64,000 nucleotides of DNA from Macrostomum hystrix (lineage: Eukaryota > Animalia > Platyhelminthes), in contig CATNEN010000001.1 of NCBI GenBank assembly GCA_950097015.1, positions 23,932,001 through 23,996,000 on the forward strand. The letters are read 5' to 3'. The notes under the pieces are model-generated. The model was not told where the DNA came from. It saw nothing but the letters and a program-made list of their open reading frames with translations, and searched no databases. A program made the translations under genes and the position numbers. This document shows positions 60,545 to 64,000 of this stretch, one piece after another. How positions within the stretch are numbered: position 1 is the stretch's first letter; each line of letters starts with the position of its first letter.

Positions 60545-63500
60545 CTATCTAGCAGCGATTCTGATCATGCTTCCAGCTGCGATTCTAATCATGCTTCATG
60601 ATGCGATTCTAATCATGCTTCCAGCTGCGATTCTGATCATGCTTCCAGCAGCGATTCTGATCATGCTTCCAGCTGCGATTCTAATCATGCTTCATGATGC
60701 GATTCTAATCATGCTTCCAGCTGCGATTCTGATCATGCTTCCAGCTGCGATTCTGATCATGCTTCCAGCTGCGATTCTAATCATGCTTCATGATGCGATT
60801 CTAATCATGCTTCCAGCTGCGATTCTGATCATGCTTCCAGCTGCGATTCTGATCATGCTTCCAGCTGCGATTCTTATCATGCTTCCAGCTGCGATTCTAA
60901 TCATGCTTCCAGCTGCGATTCTAATCATGCTTCCAGCTGCGATTCTAATCATGCTTCCAGCTGCGATTCTAATCATGCTTCATGATGCGATTCTAATCAT
61001 GCTTCCAGCTGCGATTCTAATCATGCTTCCAGCTGCGATTCTAATCATGCTTCATGATGCGATTCTAATCATGCTTCCAGCTGCGATTCTAATCATGCTT
61101 CCAGCTGCGATTCTAATCATGCTTCATGATGCGATTCTAATCATGCTTCATGATGCGATTCTAATCATGCTTCCAGCTGCGATTCTAATCATGCTTCCAG
61201 CTGCGATTCTAATCATGCTTCCAGCTGCGATTCTAATCATGCTTCCAGCTGCGATTCTAATCATGCTTCATGATGCGATTCTAATCATGCTTCCAGCTGC
61301 GATTCTAATCATGCTTCCAGCTGCGATTCTAATCATGCTTCCAGCTGCGATTCTGATCATGCTTCCAGATGCGATTCTAATCATGCTTCCAGCTGCGATT
61401 CTAATCATGCTTCATGATGCGATTCTAATCATGCTTCCAGCTGCGATTCTAATCATGCTTCATGATGCGATTCTAATCATGCTTCATGATGCGATTCTAA
61501 TCATGCTTCCAGCTGCGATTCTAATCATGCTTCATGATGCGATTCTAATCATGCTTCATGATGCGATTCTAATCATGCTTCCAGCTGCGATTCTAATCAT
61601 GCTTCCAGCTGCGATTCTAATCATGCTTCCAGCTGCGATTCTAATCATGCTTCCAGCTGCGATTCTAATCATGCTTCCAGCTGCGATTCTAATCATGCTT
61701 CCAGCTGCGATTCTAATCATGCTTCCAGCTGCGATTCTGATCATGCTTCCAGCTGCGATTCTAATCATGCTTCCAGCTGCGATTCTAATCATGCTTCCAG
61801 CTGCGATTCTAATCATGCTTCCAGCTGCGATTCTGATCATGCTTCCAGCTGCGATTCTAATCATGCTTCATGATGCGATTCTAATCATGCTTCCAGCTGC
61901 GATTCTGATCATGCTTCCAGCTGCGATTCTGATCATGCTTCCAGCTGCGATTCTGATCATGCTTCCAGCTGCGATTCTAATCATGCTTCCAGCTGCGATT
62001 CTAATCATGCTTCATGATGCGATTCTAATCATGCTTCCAGCTGCGATTCTGATCATGCTTCCAGCTGCGATTCTGATCATGCTTCCAGCTGCGATTCTAA
62101 TCATGCTTCATGATGCGATTCTAATCATGCTTCCAGCTGCGATTCTGATCATGCTTCCAGCTGCGATTCTGATCATGCTTCCAGCTGCGATTCTAATCAT
62201 GCTTCATGATGCGATTCTAATCATGCTTCCAGCTGCGATTCTGATCATGCTTCCAGCTGCGATTCTGATCATGCTTCCAGCTGCGATTCTAATCATGCTT
62301 CCAGCTGCGATTCTAATCATGCTTCCAGCTGCGATTCTAATCATGCTTCCAGCTGCGATTCTAATCATGCTTCCAGCTGCGATTCTAATCATGCTTCCAG
62401 CTGCGATTCTGATCATGCTTCCAGCTGCGATTCTAATCATGCTTCCAGCTGCGATTCTAATCATGCTTCCAGCTGCGATTCTGATCATGCTTCCAGCTGC
62501 GATTCTGATCATGCTTCCAGCTGCGATTCTGATCATGCTTCCAGCTGCGATTCTAATCATGCTTCCAGCTGCGATTCTAATCATGCTTCCAGCTGCGATT
62601 CTAATCATGCTTCCAGCTGCGATTCTAATCATGCTTCCAGCTGCGATTCTAATCATGCTTCCAGCTGCGATTCTAATCATGCTTCCAGCTGCGATTCTAA
62701 TCATGCTTCCAGCTGCGATTCTAATCATGCTTCCAGCTGCGATTCTAATCATGCTTCATGATGCGATTCTAATCATGCTTCCAGCTGCGATTCTGATCAT
62801 GCTTCCAGCTGCGATTCTGATCATGCTTCCAGCTGCGATTCTAATCATGCTTCATGATGCGATTCTAATCATGCTTCCAGCTGCGATTCTGATCATGCTT
62901 CCAGCTGCGATTCTGATCATGCTTCCAGCTGCGATTCTAATCATGCTTCATGATGCGATTCTAATCATGCTTCCAGCTGCGATTCTGATCATGCTTCCAG
63001 CTGCGATTCTGATCATGCTTCCAGCTGCGATTCTAATCATGCTTCATGATGCGATTCTAATCATGCTTCCAGCTGCGATTCTGATCATGCTTCCAGCTGC
63101 GATTCTGATCATGCTTCCAGCTGCGATTCTAATCATGCTTCATGATGCGATTCTAATCATGCTTCCAGCTGCGATTCTGATCATGCTTCCAGCTGCGATT
63201 CTGATCATGCTTCCAGCTGCGATTCTAATCATGCTTCCAGCTGCGATTCTAATCATGCTTCCAGCTGCGATTCTAATCATGCTTCCAGCTGCGATTCTAA
63301 TCATGCTTCCAGCTGCGATTCTAATCATGCTTCCAGCTGCGATTCTGATCATGCTTCCAGCTGCGATTCTGATCATGCTTCCAGCTGCGATTCTGATCAT
63401 GCTTCCAGCTGCGATTCTGATCATGCTTCCAGCTGCGATTCTGATCATGCTTCCAGCTGCGATTCTGATCATGCTTCCAGCTGCGATTCTAATCATGCTT

Positions 63501-64000
63501 CCAGCTGCGATTCTAATCATGCTTCCAGCTGCGATTCTAATCATGCTTCCAGCTGCGATTCTAATCATGCTTCCAGCTGCGATTCTAATCATGCTTCCAG
63601 CTGCGATTCTAATCATGCTTCCAGCTGCGATTCTAATCATGCTTCCAGCTGCGATTCTAATCATGCTTCCAGCTGCGATTCTAATCATGCTTCCAGCCGC
63701 GATTCTGATCATGCTTCCAGCTGCGATTCTGATCATGCTTCCAGCTGCGATTCTAATCATGCTTCCAGCTGCGATTCTAATCATGCTTCCAGCTGCGATT
63801 CTAATCATGCTTCCAGCTGCGATTCTAATCATGCTTCCAGCTGCGATTCTAATCATGCTTCCAGCTGCGATTCTAATCATGCTTCCAGCTGCGATTCTAA
63901 TCATGCTTCCAGCTGCGATTCTAATCATGCTTCCAGCTGCGATTCTAATCATGCTTCCAGCTGCGATTCTAATCATGCTTCCAGCTGCGATTCTAATCAT
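60545..64000. repeat. 24-bp minisatellite (>3.4 kb, runs off the window), in the intron upstream of the Rel-4 LENVS exon
   Basis: atcatgcttccagctgcgattct(a/g) with a 23-bp variant atcatgcttcatgatgcgattcta. Confidence 0.97.

Noticed and set aside
60788-64000. (MIRIAAGS)n ORFs
   Set aside because: Translation of a 24-bp satellite, repeatedly broken by 23-bp variants; intronic.

Overview
Eukaryotic, intron-containing and TE- and minisatellite-rich animal DNA. An invertebrate, possibly a Macrostomum-like flatworm, is my guess from sequence style only. The window reads as an innate-immunity/cell-death gene cluster split by a ~21 kb pile of nested transposons. From left to right: (1) the 3' end of a caspase gene (+); (2) three intact tandem genes plus one pseudogene for secreted signal peptide-WSC-PAN/Apple proteins (-), separated by a LINE fragment, a Crypton-like tyrosine recombinase, a Harbinger-like Myb/SANT remnant and Gypsy remnants; (3) a long-TIR element with an 8-bp TSD, an intact young Gypsy LTR element, and a nest of a TIR/palindromic MITE, a Gypsy element and a hAT derivative; (4) a spliced gene fusing two blocks of ankyrin repeats to a caspase with both catalytic residues present (+); (5) four tandem, divergent Rel/NF-kB-like genes (-) facing it tail-to-tail, with RHD+IPT and no ankyrin region. 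Three of these share one exon layout and end in KRKR or KRTR. Their introns and spacers carry unrelated minisatellites, several built from promoter-like motifs (CCAAT/GC/CRE, tRNA B-box). Gene models were spliced by hand from GT-AG sites and codon phase; no database searches were run.
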